From a virus (taxonomy: Duplodnaviria; Caudoviricetes), in IMG/VR virus record IMGVR_UViG_3300004369_000014, positions 1 through 63,116 of that record: a stretch of 63,116 nucleotides of DNA; one strand, given 5' to 3'. Positions 23,767 through 32,742 of the stretch are shown one piece after another. How positions within the stretch are numbered: position 1 is the stretch's first letter; each line of letters opens with the position of its first letter. A model generated the notes under the pieces. The model was not told the DNA's origin and ran no database searches. It was given only the letters and a program-made list of their open reading frames with translations. A program made the translations under genes and the position numbers.

Positions 23767-25565
23767 TATGATCCAGTCTTTTCTTGAAGAAGCATCTTCA
23801 GTAGTTGATCCTTGTCTTTTACAACTTGCTCAAAGTTGTCAGCCTTCGAATCGAGAACTTGAATAACTCGCTCTTCGATTGTTCCGTCGGTGACATAGTC
23901 AGTGATCACGATACTGTCGTGAATTTCACTTCCAATTCTGTGCACTCTGTCTAGTGCCTGCTTATAGTCGACCAGTGACCAGGGACGCTGAAGCATGATT
24001 AGCCGACGCGCCGCCGTTAGGGTCACACCGACGCCACCCGCTTGAGCGGTGAATAGAACCCACTTAGTAGTGCCATTCTGAAAATCGTCGATCGCCTTTT
24101 GACGTTCTTCTTCGGTCTGCGCGCCGGTGATTAGACCATGTGGAATTTTGGCCTTCTCAAGACGAGCGCTAAGAAGCTCGATGAGCTGCCTAGATACTGC
24201 GCACACAGCAACGGAGTCTCCTTCAAAGTCGCCATTTTCAATGTCGCTCATGATCGCATCGATCTTGCACGAAGGTTCGGAAAGACGAAGACTTATTTCT
24301 CCGGAAATCTCGTCCACATCTAGAGTAGCGTAAGAACTCGCGAACTGAAGAAGACGGATAGTTTGAGTGAGAGGGCTAGGCGCCGCGATTGCGTCGTCAC
24401 CCTCGAGAACAGCAATCATCGAGTCGCGCATTTCTTCGTACGCCTTGCGCTGCTTAGTCGACATTTCGACGTCGCGTCGTTCTTTAATCACTGGAGGCAA
24501 CCAAGGTAGCACTCGTGCCTTAAGCATTCGTCGCATTCTTGGATTGATAGCCGCGTAGAACTCGTCGGTCATATGAGGCTTAACGCCAAGCACCATCATG
24601 CCACCGAACGCGTTGAGCATGGTATCAACCATGCGGTCGATCCAGCGAGTCTTGCTCGGCCATTCTTCCGGAGATAGCCAGTGCAAAATCGTCCAAAGAT
24701 CAAGAACGTTGTTTGCAATCGGAGTGCCTGTCAGCGCGAATCTAATGTCTGCATCGCCGGTCGCTGCCCACAGCGCGCGAGTCTGCTTGCTCTTTGGATC
24801 CTTTGACCTATGGATCTCGTCCGCAACGACTGACTTAAAGTCGATCTTGTTTAACTCGCGAATATGAACCTCGCAGCGATTCTCGCTTACCTTGTCGTCG
24901 TGGCCGCCGCAGTCTACGCAGCGCGCGAGTGCAACAGATCCATAAGGCGCAAGTCTTGAATGTGCTCTCAGCGACTCCCAGTTGATGACGTAGACATCTA
25001 CATCTTCTTCGGCGAACTGTTTGCGCCGTAGAGCCGCGGAACCACTGATGACCTGAACCTTGACTCCAGGCCACCACATCTCGAACTCTCTCTTCCAGTT
25101 TTTCTTGAGAGTGTTCGGGCAGACTACAAGAGCTGGAAAGACTTGTTCTCCTCTAGTGAAAAGCTCAAACAGCGCGCGAATAGTCTGCGCTGTCTTCCCT
25201 AGCCCGGGTTCGTCAGCAAGAAGAGCGCGTCGTGCAGCGGCAAGAAACTGCACGCCGGCACGTTGATGTGGGAACAGCTTTTCGTCTCCACCAGCGTCTT
25301 CGAGCTCACGTAGCTCGTTGCATGGGGCAACTCTTGTTGCTAGTTCGTTTTTTGCCCACTCGGTGAGGTTTGGCCCAATCTGAAGATCAGACTTAAAGAC
25401 CGACCGAAGAGCTAGGCACGTTGCCCAGCCGAGTGGCGCCTTCCAGTGCTTGTCAGAGGCCGACCACGTCGCTCCTGGGATACTTTTACACAGTTCTTTA
25501 TACCGCCACTCAGTGTCAATTTTGATCGACTTACCGTCGGCAGACAACTCAACGTCAACTGGCAC
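23766..25565 (-). CDS. SNF2-family helicase
   Basis: LADEPGLGKT, DEIH, ALTGTPI, GGVGVTLT, QALDRVHRIG. Confidence 0.92.
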   Translation of the reverse strand: MPVDVELSADGKSIKIDTEWRYKELCKSIPGATWSASDKHWKAPLGWATCLALRSVFKSDLQIGPNLTEWAKNELATRVAPCNELRELEDAGGDEKLFPHQRAGVQFLAAARRALLADEPGLGKTAQTIRALFELFTRGEQVFPALVVCPNTLKKNWKREFEMWWPGVKVQVISGSAALRRKQFAEEDVDVYVINWESLRAHSRLAPYGSVALARCVDCGGHDDKVSENRCEVHIRELNKIDFKSVVADEIHRSKDPKSKQTRALWAATGDADIRFALTGTPIANNVLDLWTILHWLSPEEWPSKTRWIDRMVDTMLNAFGGMMVLGVKPHMTDEFYAAINPRMRRMLKARVLPWLPPVIKERRDVEMSTKQRKAYEEMRDSMIAVLEGDDAIAAPSPLTQTIRLLQFASSYATLDVDEISGEISLRLSEPSCKIDAIMSDIENGDFEGDSVAVCAVSRQLIELLSARLEKAKIPHGLITGAQTEEERQKAIDDFQNGTTKWVLFTAQAGGVGVTLTAARRLIMLQRPWSLVDYKQALDRVHRIGSEIHDSIVITDYVTDGTIEERVIQVLDSKADNFEQVVKDKDQLLKMLLQEKTGS

Positions 25566-25594
25566 TATGATACCTCTTCGTCATTTCGTACTTG

Positions 25595-25603
25595 ACTATA
25601 CCA
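25595..25603 (-). promoter_or_regulatory. Extended -10 promoter (TGgTATAGT) upstream of the helicase operon
   Basis: TGnTATAgT 30 bp before the start in an AT-rich gap. Confidence 0.55.
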
Positions 25604-25651
25604 CATACTACACGTAAATAGCTGAAGAACAGAAGTTTTTTTGTAGTATGC

Positions 25652-26116
25652 CTATTCTACAAGTTTTCTTGGCACCCAGCCATTCTTAACGGCGTACAGA
25701 AGACCGTGTCGCATCGCGTCCAACGCGTGACCTTCTCCGCCTCTATGCCAATACCCGAGCTTCTTAAGCGCGTCGTTCGGGAACATTCTCTTTGCGTCTG
25801 ATGGAGACTGAAACACGATCTTGTCGATGTCAAGTCCTTCTGAGTTGACAAGATACTTTAGAATCCCAATTTGCTCGAGACTGTACGGCGCCTGCGAGTT
25901 CTTGACCGTCTGGGCGTTGATCGTGAATCTTTCGCACACGACGGCGATTTCTGCTTCGAATATTCTTGCGTTACGCAAGGTGTTGAGTATCGGGACGTGG
26001 TAGTCTTCAAACATATACTCGCCGGAATCGACAAGCTCAGGAGCTTCGCCCTTGTTGTATGTAAAGCTGGCTATGCCGCTTTTCTTACCAGGATCGACAG
26101 CAAGAATTATTTTCAT
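25652..26116 (-). CDS. RuvC-like Holliday junction resolvase
   Basis: ILAVDPGKKSG, VVCERF, HALDA; ATG 26116 overlaps the upstream stop. Confidence 0.8.
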   Translation of the reverse strand: MKIILAVDPGKKSGIASFTYNKGEAPELVDSGEYMFEDYHVPILNTLRNARIFEAEIAVVCERFTINAQTVKNSQAPYSLEQIGILKYLVNSEGLDIDKIVFQSPSDAKRMFPNDALKKLGYWHRGGEGHALDAMRHGLLYAVKNGWVPRKLVE

Positions 26117-26433
26117 GTCCACACCACCCTCGAGACTCCAGCTCTGCCAAGAATACTTTTGCACTTTTTGCACGGCTCAGACGGAGCTGGAGACCCGTCT
26201 GCGGACACCCTAGCGATGTAGACATTGGAGCCAGACGCTAGAGTTCCGGCGGCGGCTATTGCCGCAAACTCAGCATGAACGTGCGCAGTTCTCCACGAAA
26301 CTCTCGGGTCACCGATCTTCTTATTTGTAGTGATCGAGAGTATCTTTCCGTTGCGAACAACAACGCAGCCGTGTTTATGTCTGCACTTGCTCTTCTTTGC
26401 AGCGTCTACAGCGAGCTCGAGGTACCTGTTCAT
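26113..26433 (-). CDS. Small cytidine/dCMP deaminase-family protein
   Basis: HAE and PCKKC Zn motifs; ATGA overlap with PolA. Confidence 0.8.
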   Translation of the reverse strand: MNRYLELAVDAAKKSKCRHKHGCVVVRNGKILSITTNKKIGDPRVSWRTAHVHAEFAAIAAAGTLASGSNVYIARVSADGSPAPSEPCKKCKSILGRAGVSRVVWT

Positions 26434-28256
26434 CCGTACTTGTCGCCCCACGTCTCAAGAGGCCCGTCGATGCCAGCAGTAAGCGGCACCGCCCATCCTT
26501 CAGATGTTGTCATGCACTCTTTGACTGCGTTCATTACCTCGGTGACGTCTTTCCTTGGGGCTTGTAGAACGATCTCGTCGTGCACTGGCACAATGAGAAG
26601 CTCGGTAAGATCCGCTTGATCGAGTTTGACCAAGTTAGCCTTGAACACTTCAGCAGCTCCACCCTGAATTAAGTAATTCACGAGAGTGTACACGCGGTCT
26701 TCGTCACACGGGAGCCGGCGGCCAGTCCAGGTGTAGACGTAACCTTGGCCTTCGGTCTTTAGACGACGCATCCCGATGTCTTCAATCTGTCTTTGGAAGT
26801 ACGCCATTCCCGGAAAGCGATTGTCAAACGCGTCTGAGACTGCGCGCATTTGAGGCTCAGCAACTCCGGCAGTCAGTGCTTGTTTCGCAACACCGGCTCC
26901 GTAGAGTCTGCCGTAAACTGTACCTTTGATCAATCCGCGACGTTTATCTGACTTTGTCATTGACGGGTCGTTGTAGATCTCGCGGCCAATCTCCGTGAAC
27001 GGGTCAGACCCTGTCGCGTCAGCGTGATTGAAAAGATTGATGAGGTTTGGATCGCTTGAAAGACTTGCAAACATGCGAAACTCGACCTGGTCAAGGTCTG
27101 ATGTGATGATGACATGGTCTTCATCTTTGGGGATAAACGCGCGGCGTACTACGTCGTCTCCCTTCGGCAGAGTCTGGAGCGCAGGATTAGTGATCGACAT
27201 GCGACTTGTTCGTGCGCCAAGAGTCTTAACAGATGGATGAACTATCCCGTCTATCGACTCGGTCAGAAAGTTACTGAAATACGTGTTTGCGAGCTTGTCG
27301 GCTTTTCTCTGCTTAAGTACTGTGTCGGCAAGAGCCGAAATTTCCGCGTTGTCGTTTATAGACAAAAGCTTTAGCTGATCTTTAGTGCACGACTTTTGAC
27401 CAGTCGGAGTGTATTCAGTAATTTCAGCACCAAGTGACTCAAACAGTCTGACGAGTTGAACGTTGCTGGTTATCGACACGCCGTTGTACGTGTCTTTAGC
27501 CCATTTCTTTACAGACTCGGTATACGCTGTGAGCTCGTCGTACTTCTTCTTGGAGTACTCGAGATCTACACGTGCGCCGTTGATCTCCATGCGCGTGACA
27601 ATCTTTCTTGCGGCCATCTCGAGTTCGTAGGCTTTACGGTACGGGCCTTCGGGCCCGCACTTATCCCAAAACAGCTCCCAAAGACGAGTCGTCAACACAC
27701 AGTCGAGAGCGCCGTACGACCAGTACGGTTGAAAGTTTGTAGGTACAGTTCCCCATGTCCAACCGTTCTTGACGAGCTCAACGTCAAGAGTTTCTTGTAA
27801 GGCAACAGCACGGCTATCAACGTGCAGCGCGGCAAGACGCTTTAGAGCACCAGAGCCAAGTGGATCAACAACGTGGGCCATAATCATTGTGTCGTGCGCA
27901 CGATGCCAAGGAATGTCCCAGCGTGACTGAATAGCAAACCATCTTGCCTCGAACGCAATGTTGTGACATATCAGCGGGCCGTCAAACTTGTCCATTGCCT
28001 CGTAGAATACGCCTGACCATTCTTCCCAAGGTATTGACCAGCCTTGTTCTCCGTCTCCAACCTGCACAAGACGAAGTCTTCCATGCCACGGCGACAGCGC
28101 GTGATCTCTCGGATTGCCCGGCAACTCGCCTGTTTCTGTGTCGACTGATATAGCGTTGTGAGGTCGACGTTGGCCAAGCCAGTGAATAAAATCTGCAGCT
28201 TTCTGCGAAGTATCAACAAGATGGAGTTGCACGTTTGATAGATCAGCAGTCGCCAT
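26430..28256 (-). CDS. polA: Family A DNA polymerase with 3'-5' exonuclease
   Basis: VDTET, HNIAFE, YGALD; SDLDQVEFR (motif A), RRGLIKGTVYGRLYG (B), VHDE (C). Confidence 0.95.
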   Translation of the reverse strand: MATADLSNVQLHLVDTSQKAADFIHWLGQRRPHNAISVDTETGELPGNPRDHALSPWHGRLRLVQVGDGEQGWSIPWEEWSGVFYEAMDKFDGPLICHNIAFEARWFAIQSRWDIPWHRAHDTMIMAHVVDPLGSGALKRLAALHVDSRAVALQETLDVELVKNGWTWGTVPTNFQPYWSYGALDCVLTTRLWELFWDKCGPEGPYRKAYELEMAARKIVTRMEINGARVDLEYSKKKYDELTAYTESVKKWAKDTYNGVSITSNVQLVRLFESLGAEITEYTPTGQKSCTKDQLKLLSINDNAEISALADTVLKQRKADKLANTYFSNFLTESIDGIVHPSVKTLGARTSRMSITNPALQTLPKGDDVVRRAFIPKDEDHVIITSDLDQVEFRMFASLSSDPNLINLFNHADATGSDPFTEIGREIYNDPSMTKSDKRRGLIKGTVYGRLYGAGVAKQALTAGVAEPQMRAVSDAFDNRFPGMAYFQRQIEDIGMRRLKTEGQGYVYTWTGRRLPCDEDRVYTLVNYLIQGGAAEVFKANLVKLDQADLTELLIVPVHDEIVLQAPRKDVTEVMNAVKECMTTSEGWAVPLTAGIDGPLETWGDKYG

Positions 28257-28731
28257 TGTCACTCCATATTACGTCAAGTTTGATGCCGCACGCGCGCAGA
28301 TAGTCGAAAACTACTTCAGGCTCGCGATGACGGTCTTCAGGTCTGACGACGCACACAACCTTGGACACTCCAGAGTTGCTGACTAGCTTCGCACACTGCA
28401 TACACGGCGCGCTTGTTACGTACAGCGTTCCGTTTAGAACGCTAGACCTGTCGACATACATCAACGCATTTGCCTCGGCGTGTATCGCCGGACAGGCGTC
28501 GTAGAGATTATCGAGAGCCGATTCTCCACGCGCTCTCTGGCACCAGTTGATACAGTCTCCCTCATGGGGCCAACTGGCCGCTGGCCCATTGTACCCCGTT
28601 GCGCATATTCTTTGGTTTTCTGAAACTATTACTGCGCCGATCTGGGCTCTAGAGCACCTAGATCTTCTACTAACAGTTTCAGCAACGCTCAACCACGTTT
28701 CATCCCACGTTGGTCTGTTGATCATTGTCAC
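28243..28731 (-). CDS. dCMP deaminase
   Basis: RPTWDE, RSRCSRAQIGAV, TGYNG, IHAEANA, PCMQC. Confidence 0.9.
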   Translation of the reverse strand: MTMINRPTWDETWLSVAETVSRRSRCSRAQIGAVIVSENQRICATGYNGPAASWPHEGDCINWCQRARGESALDNLYDACPAIHAEANALMYVDRSSVLNGTLYVTSAPCMQCAKLVSNSGVSKVVCVVRPEDRHREPEVVFDYLRACGIKLDVIWSDNGDC

Positions 28732-28925
28732 TCGTCATCTTCGTCCGTTACCTCAAGCATCGAGGATATTTCTTCAGTCATTCCCATAAATAGCATTCTC
28801 GCTACTAAGTCTAGCCCATCTCGTCTGCTAAAGCCAGCCTTACGCAAAGTCGTATAGACCTCGTGCATTCCGATAGCGGCTTCTTCCATCGGTGACGCGT
28901 ACTCTTCTTCCCAGTCTTCGCTCAT
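28728..28925 (-). CDS. Hypothetical protein
   Basis: Overlap-coupled to both neighbours; HEVYTTLRKAGFS motif. Confidence 0.65.
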   Translation of the reverse strand: MSEDWEEEYASPMEEAAIGMHEVYTTLRKAGFSRRDGLDLVARMLFMGMTEEISSMLEVTDEDDE

Positions 28926-29785
28926 TGACTTGCCTTTCGTGCGTTTTTGGCTGCTGCGTCAATCATCACGTCGGCGTACCAAGAAGCATTCTGCGACAAT
29001 CTTGGCAAGATTCTATCATCGGTGACACCGAGAAGGGCGTCAAGAGCCTGCGTCTCTACTTCGTCCCACGACGATCCTTGTATGAAAGGAATCTTCTGGC
29101 TTGAAGAAGTTTTAGTCAAGTTTTCGGCAACTTCGTAATGTTGCTCATAGATATGAAGAGAACCGACATGATGAGAGTACGTCCCAGGCTGAATTCCTAG
29201 AACACTGCACATCGCTAGTTGCACCCTAGTGAACTGAAAGAAATCGTAAGCAGCGCCAAGCCAAACGTCATTCGACCGCATGTAGACGCTCATGTTAAGC
29301 TTTCCGTTGCGAATTCTAAACTGATGAAGAATAGTGCAAGGGTAGTCGCGCTTGTTTGGCTGATTGTCGTACTCCGGGTTCCATATCGTGATGACAGCCT
29401 GACGGGTGTCAGAATCGTTCTTTAACTTGTCGACAGCTTCTTTGTACTGGCCTTTTGTTCTTAGACCGTAGGCTCCGTGAAATATACCGTTATCCTCTGC
29501 GTAGTTTATAAACTGAGGTCCAACGGCGATCACAAGCTCAGGCATAGAAACCCCAGAAAGAAGTTGACAAGCTTCAACTGCACCGATCCCTGGGACGGCT
29601 CCACGGCCAACACCGAGCGGTAACGTCGAGTAGACGTTGTCGATAAAAATTGTCGCGTCTTCAATTTCGCGAGTCTTCATACCGCGTGGAGAGACAGTTC
29701 GTCCGTTACGAAGAACATGGTGCACAAGATCTACGTAGCCGTTTACTCCGTCTTCGATGTGAATAGAGGTTACGGAAGTATCCAA
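28922..29785 (-). CDS. Thymidylate-synthase-family enzyme, predicted dCMP-specific (hydroxymethylase-type)
   Basis: GAYGLR, DTRQA, DYPCT (catalytic Cys), MRSNDVWLGAAYD, GSLHIY. Confidence 0.85.
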   Translation of the reverse strand: MDTSVTSIHIEDGVNGYVDLVHHVLRNGRTVSPRGMKTREIEDATIFIDNVYSTLPLGVGRGAVPGIGAVEACQLLSGVSMPELVIAVGPQFINYAEDNGIFHGAYGLRTKGQYKEAVDKLKNDSDTRQAVITIWNPEYDNQPNKRDYPCTILHQFRIRNGKLNMSVYMRSNDVWLGAAYDFFQFTRVQLAMCSVLGIQPGTYSHHVGSLHIYEQHYEVAENLTKTSSSQKIPFIQGSSWDEVETQALDALLGVTDDRILPRLSQNASWYADVMIDAAAKNARKASQ

Positions 29786-30771
29786 TTTACGTACCTTTCG
29801 TCGATGCCGTACGCGTAGCTTTGCATCGCTTCTCCGTACAGCTTTTTGTCAGCATGATGAAATCTTCTTACGTATTGCGGATGCGGAAAAACAATGTACT
29901 CCTGTGCGCACAGAGCTTTAGTCTTGACGTGCCGATCAGCAAGTCTACCAAGAACGATAATCTTTGGCCAATGCAGCACTTCAAGAAGAATGTCTAGTCT
30001 TTCGCCGGAAAAATCTTCAGAGTTGATAATTCCTACGTCTCGCCAGAGAGGCTCTGGAAGAGCGTTTAACAGATAGTCCCCAGAGTTACCGCCGACTGGC
30101 ATGAACGGAAGTATCGTCTCGGTCGGGTCTTTTCTCTTATCGCCAATAAGAAGAACTCTAGGGCGCGCTGGGCCGATGTACTCTGGAAACGCGGCGATAC
30201 CTGCCGCGTCATCGGCCCGCTCTGCCGCGGCAGTAATGATCGCAGACGCAACACTTTTAACGTACTTCTCTCCGTCAGGCACCTCTATCTTTGCCTGAAT
30301 AGAGTGAGTTTTTGCCTGTGTAGACTCGTAAAGAGACAGAATTTCTTCCATTTCTTCGACGTCTACAAAATCATCACCACGAGAAAGAATTCTCTTCTTG
30401 ATTACGTCAAGTGGCTGATAGACCCAGAACTGGGCCATACCGCGAGACGCCATAAACAGCTCAACCCAGCGCCAGCCGGCGATGCCCAGAAGGCCATAAC
30501 CGTCTGTGTTTGTCTGCGGGCGCTTGAGCTTGGCGTAGGTGCACTCGCCCCAGTGCCATCGATCCGCTACGGCAAGTTCCTTAGTCCAGTCGATGCTTTC
30601 AATATCAACCGCGTACTCGTGCAGCACCCAGCGACGAGTTAGCTCCTCGGGTCTACCCTTGTGAAACTCGTGAATACGAGAAGCAGGTGACTCAGAGCGT
30701 AGTTGCTCTTTTATCGCCGCGGCTATTGAACTTTTGCCAGAAGCGTCGGTGCCTTCAAGAACAATGAACAT
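29770..30771 (-). CDS. Thymidylate-kinase-like dNMP kinase fused to a uracil-DNA-glycosylase-like domain
   Basis: IVLEGTDASGKS, ADRWHWGE, RGDD; C-terminal VLLIGD..PF..SGDYL..IIVLGRLA..FPHPQY. Confidence 0.72.
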   Translation of the reverse strand: MFIVLEGTDASGKSSIAAAIKEQLRSESPASRIHEFHKGRPEELTRRWVLHEYAVDIESIDWTKELAVADRWHWGECTYAKLKRPQTNTDGYGLLGIAGWRWVELFMASRGMAQFWVYQPLDVIKKRILSRGDDFVDVEEMEEILSLYESTQAKTHSIQAKIEVPDGEKYVKSVASAIITAAAERADDAAGIAAFPEYIGPARPRVLLIGDKRKDPTETILPFMPVGGNSGDYLLNALPEPLWRDVGIINSEDFSGERLDILLEVLHWPKIIVLGRLADRHVKTKALCAQEYIVFPHPQYVRRFHHADKKLYGEAMQSYAYGIDERYVNWILP

Positions 30772-30794
30772 GCGTCTCTCCGTAGATCTTGGTG

Positions 30795-30800
30795 ATTATA
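30795..30800 (-). promoter_or_regulatory. -10 box (TATAAT) upstream of the nucleotide-metabolism/replication operon
   Basis: Perfect TATAAT 24 bp before ATG 30771; GGAG RBS lies between. Confidence 0.5.
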
Positions 30801-30829
30801 CATGGCATGATCGCCGAGAGCATGAAGAA

Positions 30830-31306
30830 CTACGGAATGACCTCGATGCGATACACTTTTTCAATTGCCTTGTCGGTCTTTGACGCCTCCTCGAGAAGAC
30901 GCTGCGCGACGTTAGTCAGGTATCTTGCCCCGCTTTCGTCGTATTTGTACAACGCCTCGAGAACCGCGGAAGGGTCATCACTTACCTGCGCCCAGTGACG
31001 ATTCTTTTCTGGAAATACGACTCCCGCAGCCAAAGAAGGGCTGCACGAGTCACACGAGACCAGATCTCTCGGATTGTCTATTGATTTAGTTGCTACTTCG
31101 TTGAGTCCGTATCTCTTCACAAGATGACAGGTCGCGGAGTGGTAAACAACAGAAACACCTACGCGCGAAAGCACGTACGAACCACTTTCTGTCTTGTACA
31201 GCTCAAACTCAATCCATCTCAGCGAGTCCCGTCTGTAAGACGAAGATTTTCCAAGTAGAGCGCCATTGAACTGTAGTGTTCTGTCGCCGTCTTTTACATG
31301 AATCAT
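30830..31306 (-). CDS. Hypothetical protein
   Basis: Start placed at MIHVKDG; TAAAAT upstream; RWIEFELYKT..YVLSRVG. Confidence 0.65.
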   Translation of the reverse strand: MIHVKDGDRTLQFNGALLGKSSSYRRDSLRWIEFELYKTESGSYVLSRVGVSVVYHSATCHLVKRYGLNEVATKSIDNPRDLVSCDSCSPSLAAGVVFPEKNRHWAQVSDDPSAVLEALYKYDESGARYLTNVAQRLLEEASKTDKAIEKVYRIEVIP

Positions 31307-31385
31307 AATGTGTTCGCCTGGCCCTCGGTCTTTTCCGTTTGGTGAAATTTTATCCTGTGCGTGGGAGACGAATGGTACGTGACTA

Positions 31386-31577
31386 TCAAGATTGACTTGC
31401 CTGCTTAGAAGGCGACTTTTTCTCCTTCTCTTGCCCCGCTGGCACAAGCGACTCTTTTAGCGCCTCTATCTGCGCTGACATCTGCTTTATTTTGGTGTCT
31501 TTAACTACAATCTCGGTCATTAGCTGTCCGATCTTTTCGTTGTACACCTGGATTAAGACGTTTACGTCTATGTCCAC
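31386..31577 (-). CDS. Small coiled-coil hypothetical protein
   Basis: AAGGAG RBS, GTG start, heptad pattern. Confidence 0.65.
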   Translation of the reverse strand: MDIDVNVLIQVYNEKIGQLMTEIVVKDTKIKQMSAQIEALKESLVPAGQEKEKKSPSKQASQS

Positions 31578-31597
31578 AGAATCTCCTTGTCGTTCGT

Positions 31598-32737
31598 CTA
31601 TCTATCGTAGTCGTACAGTGGATATTTTACTCGTATAGGGTCACTACTTTGTCTCTTTTTGAATGTTTTATACTGCTCAGATAGCCAAGACTTAAACAAC
31701 GGCGGCTGCTCTGGGTCTTCTAAATCGTCTTCAAGAGCTGTAGGATCGTTCAACACGTATTTGCCGACGGCCTCTGGTTCAAGCGCTAGAAGCTCTTCTC
31801 GTACGTTCATTGGCATCCGCGTCGCTTGAAGAATTTGATGACAAATCTCAGCGGTCGGCTCGGTATTGCCTAGCTCTGTGTACGCCCACGCCCACTCGAT
31901 GATTAGTCGAAACAGCTCGTGAATAGTTCTCGCGGCGCACTGCGGGTGCAACGTCCAATGACTGTCAGCACCGCGATCGGCGAACAAGGTGTCTACGTCG
32001 TTGTATGTGATCATCGCAATCGGCGATAGATCTAAAACGGTGTCGTATCTGTGGACTATCTGCGTTTCTTTTTGAAGCTCAAATAGTTCTGTCCATATAG
32101 CCTGCGATCTTTCATTAAGCTCAGTCGTACCGTGAGTAACTTCTTCTAAGCTTTTGGTCATGAAGTTTGTTGCAGAGCAAGCTGCAGCGTACATATGGTT
32201 TTCTTCTTTCGGTACAGACTTCCATATTCTGTACGCGCGCAGTCTTCTTTCTGGGTTCTGGTCTCTTAATTGAATGTCCCATTCATTAGCTGAAGAATTC
32301 CACTCGACTTCGAAAAAACTTGGCATCTCTGGCTTTTCTACAGGCGGCTTCCAGTGCTTGTAGACGTCGTCCCATACCCAACTGTCGTGCGGTCTATGAG
32401 AGCCGTCGATGTGGTCTGTCAAATCGTCAAATTCACCTTTATCAATGATGTAAATTGCACTACTGTCGACAGAGCTGATCAGTATCTTTTGGCTTGAGTT
32501 TGAGTATACAAAAATCTTTAGACTCTCTAGGTTGTGCTCTTGTATTGAAAAAAGACTGCGGGCTTGCTCTGTTACGGATGAAAAGTCGTAAGAATCGCTA
32601 AATGCACTAATGCACACCTGCCCGTGGAGGCATTGCAATTTGTGTGCTAACGCGCCTTTTGGCATCACACTTTCACCAAGCTGCTCAAAGACGTCTAAAC
32701 CTTGAACGTTTTCTATGTATGTTAAGTACTTCATCAT
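31598..32737 (-). CDS. Hypothetical protein, tail-fibre associated
   Basis: RPHDSWVWD...WKPPVEKP motif seen in phage fibre-adjacent proteins; follows the fibre gene. Confidence 0.6.
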   Translation of the reverse strand: MMKYLTYIENVQGLDVFEQLGESVMPKGALAHKLQCLHGQVCISAFSDSYDFSSVTEQARSLFSIQEHNLESLKIFVYSNSSQKILISSVDSSAIYIIDKGEFDDLTDHIDGSHRPHDSWVWDDVYKHWKPPVEKPEMPSFFEVEWNSSANEWDIQLRDQNPERRLRAYRIWKSVPKEENHMYAAACSATNFMTKSLEEVTHGTTELNERSQAIWTELFELQKETQIVHRYDTVLDLSPIAMITYNDVDTLFADRGADSHWTLHPQCAARTIHELFRLIIEWAWAYTELGNTEPTAEICHQILQATRMPMNVREELLALEPEAVGKYVLNDPTALEDDLEDPEQPPLFKSWLSEQYKTFKKRQSSDPIRVKYPLYDYDR

Positions 32738-32742
32738 TTCTC

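Noticed and set aside
28922-29785. Ordinary thyA
   Set aside because: Asp rather than Asn at the pyrimidine-specificity position, so the gene symbol is withheld
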